From the IMG/VR virus record IMGVR_UViG_3300025520_000005: 64,000 nucleotides of DNA. One strand, written 5' to 3'. Source of the DNA: a virus. Both the position numbers and the translations under genes were made by a program. How positions within the stretch are numbered: the first letter of the stretch is position 1; every line of letters begins with the position of its first letter. The notes below the pieces were generated by a model. The model saw nothing but the letters and a program-made list of their open reading frames with translations. It searched no databases and was not told the DNA's origin. Of this stretch, positions 20,701 to 29,354 are shown one piece after another.

Positions 20701-21525
20701 AAAAACGTTCCGCAGGAGTTCATGTACGGCACCCCCAATACGCAGGGGGTAATGGTCCATTATTACAACCGCCCGTTGTTGAGTATCTACAGGTCGGGGA
20801 ATATATTGCAGTGCACTTGGTTCTCGGGGTTTACCTATATCAGCGGTAGCCTCTTTATGGATCAAACCCTGTTCACTGTTAACCTGGGGAACAACTCCTT
20901 CAATGGCGCAGTGGCCACCTACATTCCTTGGAACACGGGGGAGTACGTGGTTAACATTCCTAAGGTTGGGCGTAGTCGAGTCACCCTAACCAACCCAGAT
21001 ACCTACCAAGGAAAACCAACTGATCTGGCTGGTCCTAATGAAACCAGTGATAGTTCGGGGGGTGCCGCCAGGATCTTCCCGGTTCCTCGAGCTGGTGGGG
21101 GAACAGATTACTACGCAACCGTGACGAGTTATCCAGAGACAGGTTGGGCGGTGTTCTTCCTCGAAGAAGTGGCTGTGATGGTGCAGGGTACTTTGTACCG
21201 TGCTTCGACCGGAACGGTTGACCTCCGTGACATCGATACTGATCCACGGAATAAAACGTTCTATGTTTACATCACGATCGAGGACACTACGGCGAAGTAC
21301 ATCTTCTCTACGGTGAAACTGCGTAAGGGTAGTGCGGTGATGTTGGTGGCGGTTATTACCACTAACGAGAAGCAGATCCTCACGCTGGAACGTCGTACTC
21401 CGTTTATGGTAGCGGACTACGAGCTGAGCTTTGTGCGGGATGGCGGTATTATCCCAATCAGTTCTGGTTTCCCTCAGGACAATGGTGTCTTCAAGTTCGT
21501 CAAGGCGAGTGAGTTGCTGCCTTAA
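17761..21525 (+). CDS. Large tail fibre/baseplate protein, paralogue 2
   Basis: 1254 aa; shared YPExGWAxFF and DLRDID..P.NK.FY.Y blocks. Confidence 0.65.
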   Translation: MRAGLTIPLVSKAEIMDKLQAVQFDVRGTRAENRVLREKIPLKYKDCPWVVPNGSPYFAEGELVDLFNEAGGRLNLGTDYWFEGEFEPFCEATGRSICSFVKLSDKVLAENEFVSMTYQSIGAWFVPRNSIDEWVREIYIGKIPIPWSKVYNVPPTLPASKHSHSIKTEIGDWYELTFFFMYLANYYSTRDPAVYTEADRVINESFAKLKEVKAAQLARINNHDKDYGDPHQITKFHLQLGNHDNFDTATPAQDLAGAAANLLSTPEGVMQLADKYTVENDGIMRNGVLPVSYFGNGGYIPPTILGSFEGLGSLSECMGMCVEASGRLVTIQNHFDGRTEGLYFSILSDYKNPLDPKNPYRFDYTAYRYEPPVLTNSGIKANHIVAGSGNDIIMVGKTDPLNFAGDRWFIALTNDSFDPSGHRYIEVNMKPIFATFGNPDSLGTWGGYLYHGRMMIYLLDQYAYLAVDGLLMPYGQAGRMSYWRIPRQAMIDGTPATWELVKLTYQDWDGVQYNNVNYWEFAQKTVNNGVLSKWGRYNFTTIRPAPYLGQFSRRLFTLFAKKPGVANTFYMNFIAYTFLDYQPEGKGVNNSATITNMVYEFNIVTGVMTLVYKQPPLNIDYLNDNQTEVFTDREKWIQWYNALVRYTVAAVIITPNGERLASITGSQQEQTVLNSVIEYTQFQYVGGGGLVTSRADLLKGSVGTDRVRQSSVWERGRNLLTPIVTGIGNRQLAYEAGGENFMTYPTTFDPVKGGPLPKVVARNVSGDYAVRPEVLNRFKAPLYSRPLTNAVFDTNMDHSTGAISITGTAAELASRGIEQGNMGLSYCGWSARHDGYPSMLEMPVKGQVPFRAPNETGAFISFPKTYRRELDVGAQKVNYIPNDYYGVSVAARNKIRSLISVGQQGPWWAFELAMLNAEQGGMFGGLNCALLKLKYPTVADGSAPTWDGQVFLVVPVVEPPNANHPGLYLITDFQVLGQSVKNVPQEFMYGTPNTQGVMVHYYNRPLLSIYRSGNILQCTWFSGFTYISGSLFMDQTLFTVNLGNNSFNGAVATYIPWNTGEYVVNIPKVGRSRVTLTNPDTYQGKPTDLAGPNETSDSSGGAARIFPVPRAGGGTDYYATVTSYPETGWAVFFLEEVAVMVQGTLYRASTGTVDLRDIDTDPRNKTFYVYITIEDTTAKYIFSTVKLRKGSAVMLVAVITTNEKQILTLERRTPFMVADYELSFVRDGGIIPISSGFPQDNGVFKFVKASELLP

Positions 21526-21532
21526 ATGAAAT

Positions 21533-21556
21533 AAGGGGAGGTTCGCCTCCCCTTTA
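21533..21556 (+). terminator. TTCG-loop hairpin
   Basis: AAGGGGAGG-TTCG-CCTCCCCTT, short T tail. Confidence 0.6.
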
Positions 21557-21560
21557 CCGA

Positions 21561-24458
21561 TTGGAGCTGTCTATGATTATTTATGGTGGAGAGCCGCCGT
21601 TCATCGAGAAGCCGGAACCCCGGTTCGGGGAAGTAATCCTCCGACTCGACCAAATGGCTTATGAGGTAGAGCAGAAGGTTCACAGTTTTAACGAGGGTAC
21701 TAAAGAAGCCTTGCTTTTGTTTACTCAGAACTTGGCTCAATTTGTTACCGATGTGGTTATTCCAATCGACGCTCACTTGAATCAGGTAGGTCCTGTACAC
21801 GGCGAGACCAAAGCCAGCATCGGGTTGAGCAAGAAGGATAACTACCGTACGGCGACGTTCCAGGAACAACGGACACTGACACCGGTATTGGCTTACGTTA
21901 CGCCGCAAGGGGCCAACCAGGCCTTTGTAGACCGTAATGCGGCTAACCCTCTGGTAGCTAGCGAGTACCAGCAGAACAATGTGTTGCAGTTTGCTTCTTA
22001 TTTCTACACCAACGAATTCCCGGTGATGACTCCCACGGTCGTGCAACCGAGTCGTTACTTCGATTCCAATGCGCCGGTGGCGATGATCTTCAACGATGAT
22101 CGGATTGTTTATTCCCCATCATCGAACAAAGCGGTGTACCAGACTGACGTTGGTTTCATCAGTTCCCCTACCAAGGCACGTAAGGCTGCACGGCTGGCCG
22201 AGATCCCTAACCTGCAATACCGGATGATCCCGGGTGGTTGGAACAATAGCGGCGCAGTCACTGCTGATAGCAGGGTAACACTGTTCAAACCATTGGCTGA
22301 TAAGAAGATCTTTACCTACAAGGATAACCTGGGTGACCCACCAGGTCCGAAGAGCTTCCTGTTGTACACCAGTTACATCGGCACAGCTTACCGTGGGTTG
22401 TCAGTTTTCCCGTTGGTCACTGGAGAGACTACGTTCACCTTGCTCCACAAGTTCTTTAAGGTGGATGCATTCGAAACAGACCCAACCCTCAACCCACAGA
22501 TTGCTTCGTCCTATCCGGCCTTGTTTACTTTGATGGGTCGGACCTTGTCCGCTCCGCTACAAGACGGGCATGCGGTAGACATTCGGAACTTCGTCAACCT
22601 GGCAGCAGGTCAGTCGATCCGGATTGGTGTAGAGAGTGGCGCCTTGCAAGTCAGCGTTGGGTTGTACTGGGCTGCTCGTGATTACGAGATCCGGATGTTT
22701 GTTTCCGTTCCGGTAGTCGTCACTGGCAATGGGCTCACCAAGTACTTGGCGATCAACTACGTAGTGTCGTTTGTCCCGGGTACTTTGGTTCCTGGTGGTT
22801 CGGGGACTGTCACGGTAATGGGGACTCGTGTTCCTGATAACCTTGACGCTACCCTGACACCAGTTGCTGGTTCGCAGTATCTCTTTACTCGGGATCTGCT
22901 CAACTACAACGACCCGTCTGTGCTTCCGGGTGTGGTGTTGGCGTCTGGCGACGTGGTGCGCTCTATTTCCACCAAGAACGGTGTTCGGGTAAAGCGTTAT
23001 AAGTCTGGCTTTGCTGGCTTTGCTGGATGGATTGCAGGACCGCGTCCTAAGGTCGACCCTCGCCTTGTTCGGACGGAACTCTACACTCCCGCCAGGCATA
23101 GTCCATTTGGTCTCGTACCTGAACGGATTATCCCCCTCACTAACCTTAATGAAACGTGGTATTTGGTATATGGACTTGACAACGGCACGGGCGCCTACCG
23201 CTGGACAGAAGTTCGCTGGGATTCCGAAAGCATTGTTGGAGGTGTCTCTGGTTCACGGATTGGGGTTAGATCTCCAACAGGTCTCAGCGTGTTCAGGAAG
23301 ATTGATAACCTCCCTAAAAGCCTCTCGATTATCGCCGATAAAACCGCTAGTGGTGTTGAGATTAATTCTCTTGCTTTCACACCCCAAAATGGTTACAAGG
23401 CCAACACAACGTTTGGCTACGCCAACGGAATGGTCTCGTTGGGTGCAGCGGTCGCGCTTTCCCCAGCTACGCTGAACCGTTTGAAAGGTGCAGGGAAGAA
23501 GGTGATGACTAACGCCAAGACCTTTAACCCGGGTATTCCGACTGTTGCTCGTGAAGTGACAACTCAGGTTTACGCCTTGACCCAGAGCAAAGCGGTAGTG
23601 ATCATCTCTGATGGTTACAGTTACGCTGAAGCAGGCGTGTTCTCCTACAACGTTGCCGGTGGACTATTCAGTCTCATCTTCAGCAATGCAGCAGACCTGC
23701 CAATGCAACGGGTTACTCCAAACAGTAACGTGTTGTCCGGTCTTAATCGGGAATCCAAAACAGGTGACGGTGTCTGGGCTTCTTCCAGTGATCTGTTGGC
23801 TTCTCGAGTGAACGCAGATGTTTACGATGTAGTCATTACTCGCCCTTTCGGGGACTTGTACGGTGACCTGTCGTTCAGACTGGGTTCGATGACATCGGAC
23901 GCTCCAACGTTCGGACCTTCGGCGGTTAACCAGGCTCGGTTGTATGCGGGTCAGTCGCTCATTGATGCAGTAGACGAACTCCACCCACCAATCTTGATTC
24001 CGAAGAAAGGGGTGTACCAAGTCTCTCCTGCTGCGATCACCGCGACCTCTACTGTTATGGCTGAGGTGAGTGGGGCTGGGACGCTTGACCCTTATGAGGT
24101 TAATGAGGGTGGCTGGGTACGTATCCCTGGTGGGTCTAAGGTAGTGCTCGGTGGTACGGTCTACTTCTTGGACCGTGACTACCCGGTGCGTGTAAAGGAA
24201 GTGGGCACTTCGTACTGCTACCTGCAACGTATCGGTCAAGTACTGCTTGCCATTGCCTCCGACGTGATGCGTGAGGTTAGTAACAACGAAGTAATGTTTG
24301 GGACTTCGGTGAATGGAGTGCTTACTGTCAACGAGTCGTATATCGTAATGGATAAGCACGTTGTCCGTTCGGGACGTCGTGGTTCGGCTATTCCCATGTT
24401 CGAGGACAACGGTGGGTTGGGGACTAACAAGTTCTTTACACAGCGAGATGTTAGTTAA
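21561..24458 (+). CDS. Large tail-associated protein, distant paralogue
   Basis: 965 aa; HGETKASIGLSKKDNY matches HGIKAIQVGLEKVDNF; C-terminal GSAIP. Confidence 0.55.
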   Translation: MELSMIIYGGEPPFIEKPEPRFGEVILRLDQMAYEVEQKVHSFNEGTKEALLLFTQNLAQFVTDVVIPIDAHLNQVGPVHGETKASIGLSKKDNYRTATFQEQRTLTPVLAYVTPQGANQAFVDRNAANPLVASEYQQNNVLQFASYFYTNEFPVMTPTVVQPSRYFDSNAPVAMIFNDDRIVYSPSSNKAVYQTDVGFISSPTKARKAARLAEIPNLQYRMIPGGWNNSGAVTADSRVTLFKPLADKKIFTYKDNLGDPPGPKSFLLYTSYIGTAYRGLSVFPLVTGETTFTLLHKFFKVDAFETDPTLNPQIASSYPALFTLMGRTLSAPLQDGHAVDIRNFVNLAAGQSIRIGVESGALQVSVGLYWAARDYEIRMFVSVPVVVTGNGLTKYLAINYVVSFVPGTLVPGGSGTVTVMGTRVPDNLDATLTPVAGSQYLFTRDLLNYNDPSVLPGVVLASGDVVRSISTKNGVRVKRYKSGFAGFAGWIAGPRPKVDPRLVRTELYTPARHSPFGLVPERIIPLTNLNETWYLVYGLDNGTGAYRWTEVRWDSESIVGGVSGSRIGVRSPTGLSVFRKIDNLPKSLSIIADKTASGVEINSLAFTPQNGYKANTTFGYANGMVSLGAAVALSPATLNRLKGAGKKVMTNAKTFNPGIPTVAREVTTQVYALTQSKAVVIISDGYSYAEAGVFSYNVAGGLFSLIFSNAADLPMQRVTPNSNVLSGLNRESKTGDGVWASSSDLLASRVNADVYDVVITRPFGDLYGDLSFRLGSMTSDAPTFGPSAVNQARLYAGQSLIDAVDELHPPILIPKKGVYQVSPAAITATSTVMAEVSGAGTLDPYEVNEGGWVRIPGGSKVVLGGTVYFLDRDYPVRVKEVGTSYCYLQRIGQVLLAIASDVMREVSNNEVMFGTSVNGVLTVNESYIVMDKHVVRSGRRGSAIPMFEDNGGLGTNKFFTQRDVS

Positions 24459-24471
24459 AGCGTAATAGACC

Positions 24472-24505
24472 CTACCCCTACTCCGGTCGCCCGGAGTAGG
24501 GGTAG
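24472..24505. terminator. Hairpin between convergent genes
   Basis: CTACCCCTACTCCGG-TCGC-CCGGAGTAGGGGTAG, 15-bp perfect stem. Confidence 0.75.
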
Positions 24506-24518
24506 TAAGTCTTCAAAG

Positions 24519-25502
24519 TCATTCGACTGGAGGTTGTGGGACAGGCAAAGGAGGACCCGATATGTCGTTACCTCCACGGACGCCGGTATGTCCGTGCATA
24601 TCAAGATCATTCATAGCGGACTTAATCCCACTAAGACCTTGGACAATACCCTGGCTAACAGTGTTACCTGTTTGCTTGGTACTACCGTCATGGTTTAGGT
24701 TGCCCTTCAGATTAACTTCACCTTCCCAGTTAGTTTTCCCGATAGCGATGTTGGCAGTGGCGGCTTTGATATTGATATCAGTCGCTTGCAGGTTAAACGT
24801 CTTAGTCAGTATGCTAACACTCTCCTCCCCATTGAGGAGCACCGACTCGGGCGCAAGAATGGTAACCTTTTTCTTATCCACCCCAATAAGTGTTTCTTCC
24901 TTGTTGGTGTAGATAAACTTACTGTTAAAGTCATCCATGACTAGGGCACTTTTGTTAGTCCCCACCATTTCGATACGACCAGTTTGACCACTGACCCTAA
25001 CCTCAAACCCAGACTTCTCCCCATTACTCTGTGACGTCCTGAGAGAAGCTTCCCCCTTAGCGGTATCCATGGTAATGGTGTAGAAGTTGTCAACGTTGAA
25101 CTCAGTGTTCTCGTCGAGGGTCGGGTTAGCTTGGAAACCCCAGATGACCGTTTCAAGTCTATGTGTCTCTGCACTAAATCCACTGGTAGTCCAATAGAGC
25201 GTACTTTGTCCGCTCACCTGATACAAGGACACCTGACTACCTTCACGAACCATCGGTGCGGTCAGTCGGTTGGGCTCACCAAAGGAGTTCCATTTAGCCG
25301 GCTTAACGTTACTGATTAACGCAGAGACCTTAGTCGGCTCGCCGTTAGCATTAACCGCACTTTCTTCTTTTGTCTCAGTTACCGCAACTGTACGACCATC
25401 TGCCATGGGTGAGTCTTTGGGCACATGGACGAAGATTTCGCCTGTATTGGTCTGTTTTGTTGCCGCAACAGTACCCACTCCCAGCCAATTAATTAAGTTC
25501 AT
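24519..25502 (-). CDS. Baseplate central spike (gpV/gp138-like)
   Basis: Beta-strand-rich repeats and C-terminal HxH tip motif DMHGHTGV. Confidence 0.7.
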   Translation of the reverse strand: MNLINWLGVGTVAATKQTNTGEIFVHVPKDSPMADGRTVAVTETKEESAVNANGEPTKVSALISNVKPAKWNSFGEPNRLTAPMVREGSQVSLYQVSGQSTLYWTTSGFSAETHRLETVIWGFQANPTLDENTEFNVDNFYTITMDTAKGEASLRTSQSNGEKSGFEVRVSGQTGRIEMVGTNKSALVMDDFNSKFIYTNKEETLIGVDKKKVTILAPESVLLNGEESVSILTKTFNLQATDINIKAATANIAIGKTNWEGEVNLKGNLNHDGSTKQTGNTVSQGIVQGLSGIKSAMNDLDMHGHTGVRGGNDISGPPLPVPQPPVE

Positions 25503-25552
25503 ACACTGGGACCCATTATTTAGAGAAGTAAACTTTTTAGAAGACCTATACC

Positions 25553-28015
25553 ATGCTGACTAAATTGATTCTTGAGAATTACATCCCGTTACAGAAAAAT
25601 GGGATTAATTATGTTGAGCTGGACCTGGCCCATATGGTCAATCTGTTCGTTGCACAGAACGGTGTAGGTAAAACAAGTATTCTGAAAGAATGTAATCAAC
25701 TTCCTCCCGAAGCCGCTGACTTTGAAGCCGGCGGACGTAAGTACGGCGAGTGGAAGATTGAAGGCAAGCACTACATCTTTGATTCCCGCACTGGGGTCTC
25801 CGATGGGCACTCGTTCAAACTGAACGGCGTGGAACTGAACAAGGGCGGTACCTTCATGGCTCAGAAAGAGCTGTGCTGGACTCACTTCAGGTTGGACCGT
25901 CCTCGGGTTAAGTTCTTGACAGGTTTGAAAGTTTACGACCTGTTCAGCAACTTGACTCCAACGCGCCGTAAAGAGATCCTGCTGTGGCTCTATCCGAATG
26001 ACACCAGTTATGCCATGCGGGTCTTCAACAAGCTCAAAACAGAGCGTAACGAGCTTAAAGCTGTATTGAAGAACCAAGTCTCCCGATATGCTGATGAGAG
26101 CGACAAGCTTAAGCGCATTACGGAGTGCGGGGTAGAGGAACTGGAAACCCGCATCAAGTACATCGACGAGGAACTTCGTAAGTCTCTGCTTCTCAGGGGT
26201 TCGTTGGAAGAGTACAAGATCCATCCAGCGCTGCGTCAGAAGATCGAACAATTCGAATACCTGTCAACACAACTGACGGTTAACAAGGTGAGCGGGTTCA
26301 TCGAGTCCGAAGACGAGCTGGTGACCGGGATTGAGATGACCGAACGGTTGATCGCTAGCTACGAAGCCAACATCGCTTCTATTCAGCACACCATCGGTGA
26401 GAACGCAGGGTTGTTGGAGGGAGTAGAAGAATACTTGCAAGATCCTCTCTTGTTCCAGAACCAAGCGGATCAGATAGAAACCGAGATGGAGAAGCTACAA
26501 CAGTCCATCAAGGAACATACGGTCATCCTGAGTGATCAAGTGGTGTTCAATGAACCAGAGTCTGATTTAAAGGGTCTGGATTTGGTGTACGACTCGTTCG
26601 TAGCACAATTGCACTGCGTGGTCAATGCTAATGACAGTAGCATCAATGGAGCCATCTACAAACAGATGGAAATCCAGCTGAATAGCCTGAACAACCGCAT
26701 CCGAGATTATGAGGGTAAACTCTCTGCGGCAAGTCACCAGCTTAAACATTACAACAGTGCAGAAGCGGTTGAATGTCCTGAATGCAAACACAACTTTAAA
26801 GTAGGGGTGAATGAAAAGGATGTTCATCGACTAAAGGCTGATGTGGTGAGCTGGACAACAGCACTCGGTAGCTTGGAAAAAGAACGAGATGTAGTTGCCG
26901 AGAAACTGGACAACGACCGGAGCTGGTATGAGAGCATGGTTGCTTTGCATCAGTTCTGTCGTCTACGTAATGACGCTCCTTGCCTGAGTGTATTGGTGAA
27001 AGAGTTTAACGTAGGTAAGAACGACGTATCCCACCTCTTGAACGCGCTCAGAGCCTATAAGGGACGTTTCGATGCCAGTCAACGCATCAAGTCCTTGATG
27101 GAAGAGAAGAACCTCATAGAGACCCGTATAGGGCTTATGAATAGAGACAACGTTCTGGATGTTGCAGCGTTCGTAGAAGGTTGGGAACGTGAACTGGTCA
27201 GGGATCAGAACAAACTTTCCTTCTACACCCGTCGGCTTAAAACCTTTACAGGTCGTTTGGCGGTTATCCGTAACTACTCGGCTGACTTGATTAAGTTGAA
27301 TGAACTGAAAGAAGAGATCTTCCAAGGTTTGTACGATGAAGGTTATGTTAAGTTCCGTAAGCAGTTGGATGAACGTATCAGCATCTTGACCGAAGAGAAA
27401 GAAGATAATCTAAGGTCCATTATTACCAGTCGTTCTTTGTCGGCTGTCGTCGATTCCATCCATGATGAAGTTCAACGGTTGCGGAAACGCATGATCATCG
27501 TTGAGACCTGGATGGATAAACTGTGTCCTAATAAAGGATTCATTGGGAAACTGTTGACGGACTTTATCAAGACCTTTTGCGGTAACGCTAATGCGATGAT
27601 TCAAGAAGTCTGGAACACACCACTTTATGTGAAGCCCTGTAATAAAGCAAACGGTGACTTGACGTATAAGTTCCCGGTTGTGGTTGGGGATTCCAAGCCG
27701 GTGCCAGATATGTCCGACTGTAGTTTAGGTCAGACAGGGATCATTGACTTCGCGATGCGTCTTACTGCGTTGATTTACCATGGGTACTTCCCGTTGATCA
27801 TGGATGAAGTGGGGACAAACCTGGACGAGGTTAAGCGGACACGGTTCTTTAACTTTGTTCGGGAGCTGGCTCAGAAGAAAGACGCTCGTCAGATTTTCTG
27901 TGTCAGTCATTATCTATCTAGTTTTGGTGTGTTTTCGAAACCGAATGTGGTCGCCATGAAACATGATGGCTTGACACTGCCTGCGGAACCGAATCGGAAT
28001 CACACCATAAATTAA
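25553..28015 (+). CDS. sbcC: SbcC/Rad50-like SMC ATPase
   Basis: Walker A AQNGVGKTS, zinc hook CPEC, signature CSLGQ, Walker B LIMDE, H-loop VSH, coiled coils. Confidence 0.9.
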   Translation: MLTKLILENYIPLQKNGINYVELDLAHMVNLFVAQNGVGKTSILKECNQLPPEAADFEAGGRKYGEWKIEGKHYIFDSRTGVSDGHSFKLNGVELNKGGTFMAQKELCWTHFRLDRPRVKFLTGLKVYDLFSNLTPTRRKEILLWLYPNDTSYAMRVFNKLKTERNELKAVLKNQVSRYADESDKLKRITECGVEELETRIKYIDEELRKSLLLRGSLEEYKIHPALRQKIEQFEYLSTQLTVNKVSGFIESEDELVTGIEMTERLIASYEANIASIQHTIGENAGLLEGVEEYLQDPLLFQNQADQIETEMEKLQQSIKEHTVILSDQVVFNEPESDLKGLDLVYDSFVAQLHCVVNANDSSINGAIYKQMEIQLNSLNNRIRDYEGKLSAASHQLKHYNSAEAVECPECKHNFKVGVNEKDVHRLKADVVSWTTALGSLEKERDVVAEKLDNDRSWYESMVALHQFCRLRNDAPCLSVLVKEFNVGKNDVSHLLNALRAYKGRFDASQRIKSLMEEKNLIETRIGLMNRDNVLDVAAFVEGWERELVRDQNKLSFYTRRLKTFTGRLAVIRNYSADLIKLNELKEEIFQGLYDEGYVKFRKQLDERISILTEEKEDNLRSIITSRSLSAVVDSIHDEVQRLRKRMIIVETWMDKLCPNKGFIGKLLTDFIKTFCGNANAMIQEVWNTPLYVKPCNKANGDLTYKFPVVVGDSKPVPDMSDCSLGQTGIIDFAMRLTALIYHGYFPLIMDEVGTNLDEVKRTRFFNFVRELAQKKDARQIFCVSHYLSSFGVFSKPNVVAMKHDGLTLPAEPNRNHTIN

Positions 28016-28019
28016 TAAA

Positions 28020-28029
28020 CCTACATTAT
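28020..28029 (+). promoter_or_regulatory. Putative phage early promoter motif
   Basis: CCTACATTAT; one of nine intergenic copies; resembles phiKZ early TATATTAC. Confidence 0.6.
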
Positions 28030-28045
28030 CAATAGGACCTAAGAA

Positions 28046-28339
28046 ATGGGATCCCAACAAGTACATACCGCCGCAATGGCGCAAAACGGGGGGTTGACGA
28101 TTGTCGCCCCTGGTAACGGCGGAGCTGGTCAGGTAATGCTCAGTTTCGTTCGTAACTCAGCCAATGAACTCACTGCCATCATCGCCTTCGGTGGCTCCAA
28201 CCAAGCGTTGGTCACCTTTGACGCTTACGGCACTGCACCGGTTAGCTACTCGTTGTATAACCCTGCTCCTAACCAGTTTATCGAGCAGTCTGTACAGAAC
28301 ATTGTACAACAACTAAGTGGGTACATCCCACAAATGTAG
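28046..28339 (+). CDS. Small hypothetical protein
   Basis: 97 aa directly after promoter motif and AGGA RBS. Confidence 0.65.
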   Translation: MGSQQVHTAAMAQNGGLTIVAPGNGGAGQVMLSFVRNSANELTAIIAFGGSNQALVTFDAYGTAPVSYSLYNPAPNQFIEQSVQNIVQQLSGYIPQM

Positions 28340-28349
28340 AGAGATCGTT

Positions 28350-28799
28350 ATGGACAAGACAGCAGTGATTGAACGTTACAGGACTCTGTTGAACGAACTC
28401 GACGAGCCCGCGCACAGTGTCGTACTTTCGTCTGGAAGTGCGCTGGTACTTTTGGGTGTTCGATCAGCAACCAATGATTTGGATGCGGATATTCCCGAAG
28501 GTACTTTCAAGATGTTTGAACGTAGCGGGAAGTTTCCTGTGTTGCCAGCGGCCGAAGGGGATGGCAGGCACCTCAAGTTCGATAAGGATGTTGATCTCAG
28601 CGTCCTTGATACCGATCGTGGGGTTGTTTGCTTGAATGGGGTTTGGTCGTACAGCCCGAGTGAGTTGTTGGCGCAGAAGCGCTATTTGTCCAAGTCACCG
28701 GAACGTAGCGAAAGCAAACGCGCTGCTGATTTGTTGGATATCGTTGCTTTGGAATCATTAATTAAAGATCGTAGCCTTACGGCCCGAGCATTGGCGTAG
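28350..28799 (+). CDS. Minimal nucleotidyltransferase-fold protein
   Basis: SGSALVLLGVRSATNDLDAD (GS...DxD) and C-terminal K..R...K...D..DI. Confidence 0.65.
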   Translation: MDKTAVIERYRTLLNELDEPAHSVVLSSGSALVLLGVRSATNDLDADIPEGTFKMFERSGKFPVLPAAEGDGRHLKFDKDVDLSVLDTDRGVVCLNGVWSYSPSELLAQKRYLSKSPERSESKRAADLLDIVALESLIKDRSLTARALA

Positions 28800-28804
28800 A
28801 CAGT

Positions 28805-29296
28805 ATGACACTTAACACAGAAACAGTAGTCGCAGTATTGGGCATGGTAAGTATCCGTGAGAGCATTCCTGAGACGGCTTTTGTCTTTGGTGGTTCTTCG
28901 GCGCTGGTTGTACAGGGATTACGTGAATCGTGCGAGAAGTTATCGGTCTGGGTTAGCAGGGATTACTTTGGTTCACTGTGTGAGGCACACGGTGTTACCA
29001 ATCATCCGATGACCGACACGTTAGTAACACTGGAACTGGAACGTTGCGCTGGTAACGAACCTATTTTGGTGGATGTGCGTGAACGTAACCCTTACTTCGG
29101 TATTGTACATCTGAAAGGAGAGTTGGAGGGCGTCGCGGTATTTGACGATATCACTCTCACTATTCAGAAACGTAACGAGCATACTAAACTGAAAGAAAGT
29201 TCTGCCCCAGAGGATGAGGTTCAGTTAGTGGTACGTGACATTCAAATTCTGAATGCACGTCTGGCTGAAAAGAACAAGGTGAAGGAAGTCGCCTAA
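28805..29296 (+). CDS. Degenerate nucleotidyltransferase-fold paralogue
   Basis: GGSSALVVQGLRE conserved, DxD replaced by EKLSV. Confidence 0.5.
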   Translation: MTLNTETVVAVLGMVSIRESIPETAFVFGGSSALVVQGLRESCEKLSVWVSRDYFGSLCEAHGVTNHPMTDTLVTLELERCAGNEPILVDVRERNPYFGIVHLKGELEGVAVFDDITLTIQKRNEHTKLKESSAPEDEVQLVVRDIQILNARLAEKNKVKEVA

Positions 29297-29302
29297 GGAG
29301 GT

Positions 29303-29322
29303 GTCAGGGGGTAACCCCTGAC
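29303..29322 (+). terminator. GTAA-loop hairpin
   Basis: GTCAGGGG-GTAA-CCCCTGAC; weak U tail. Confidence 0.5.
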
Positions 29323-29354
29323 CCTTACCATTTATAGTGCATCGGAGAATTTTC

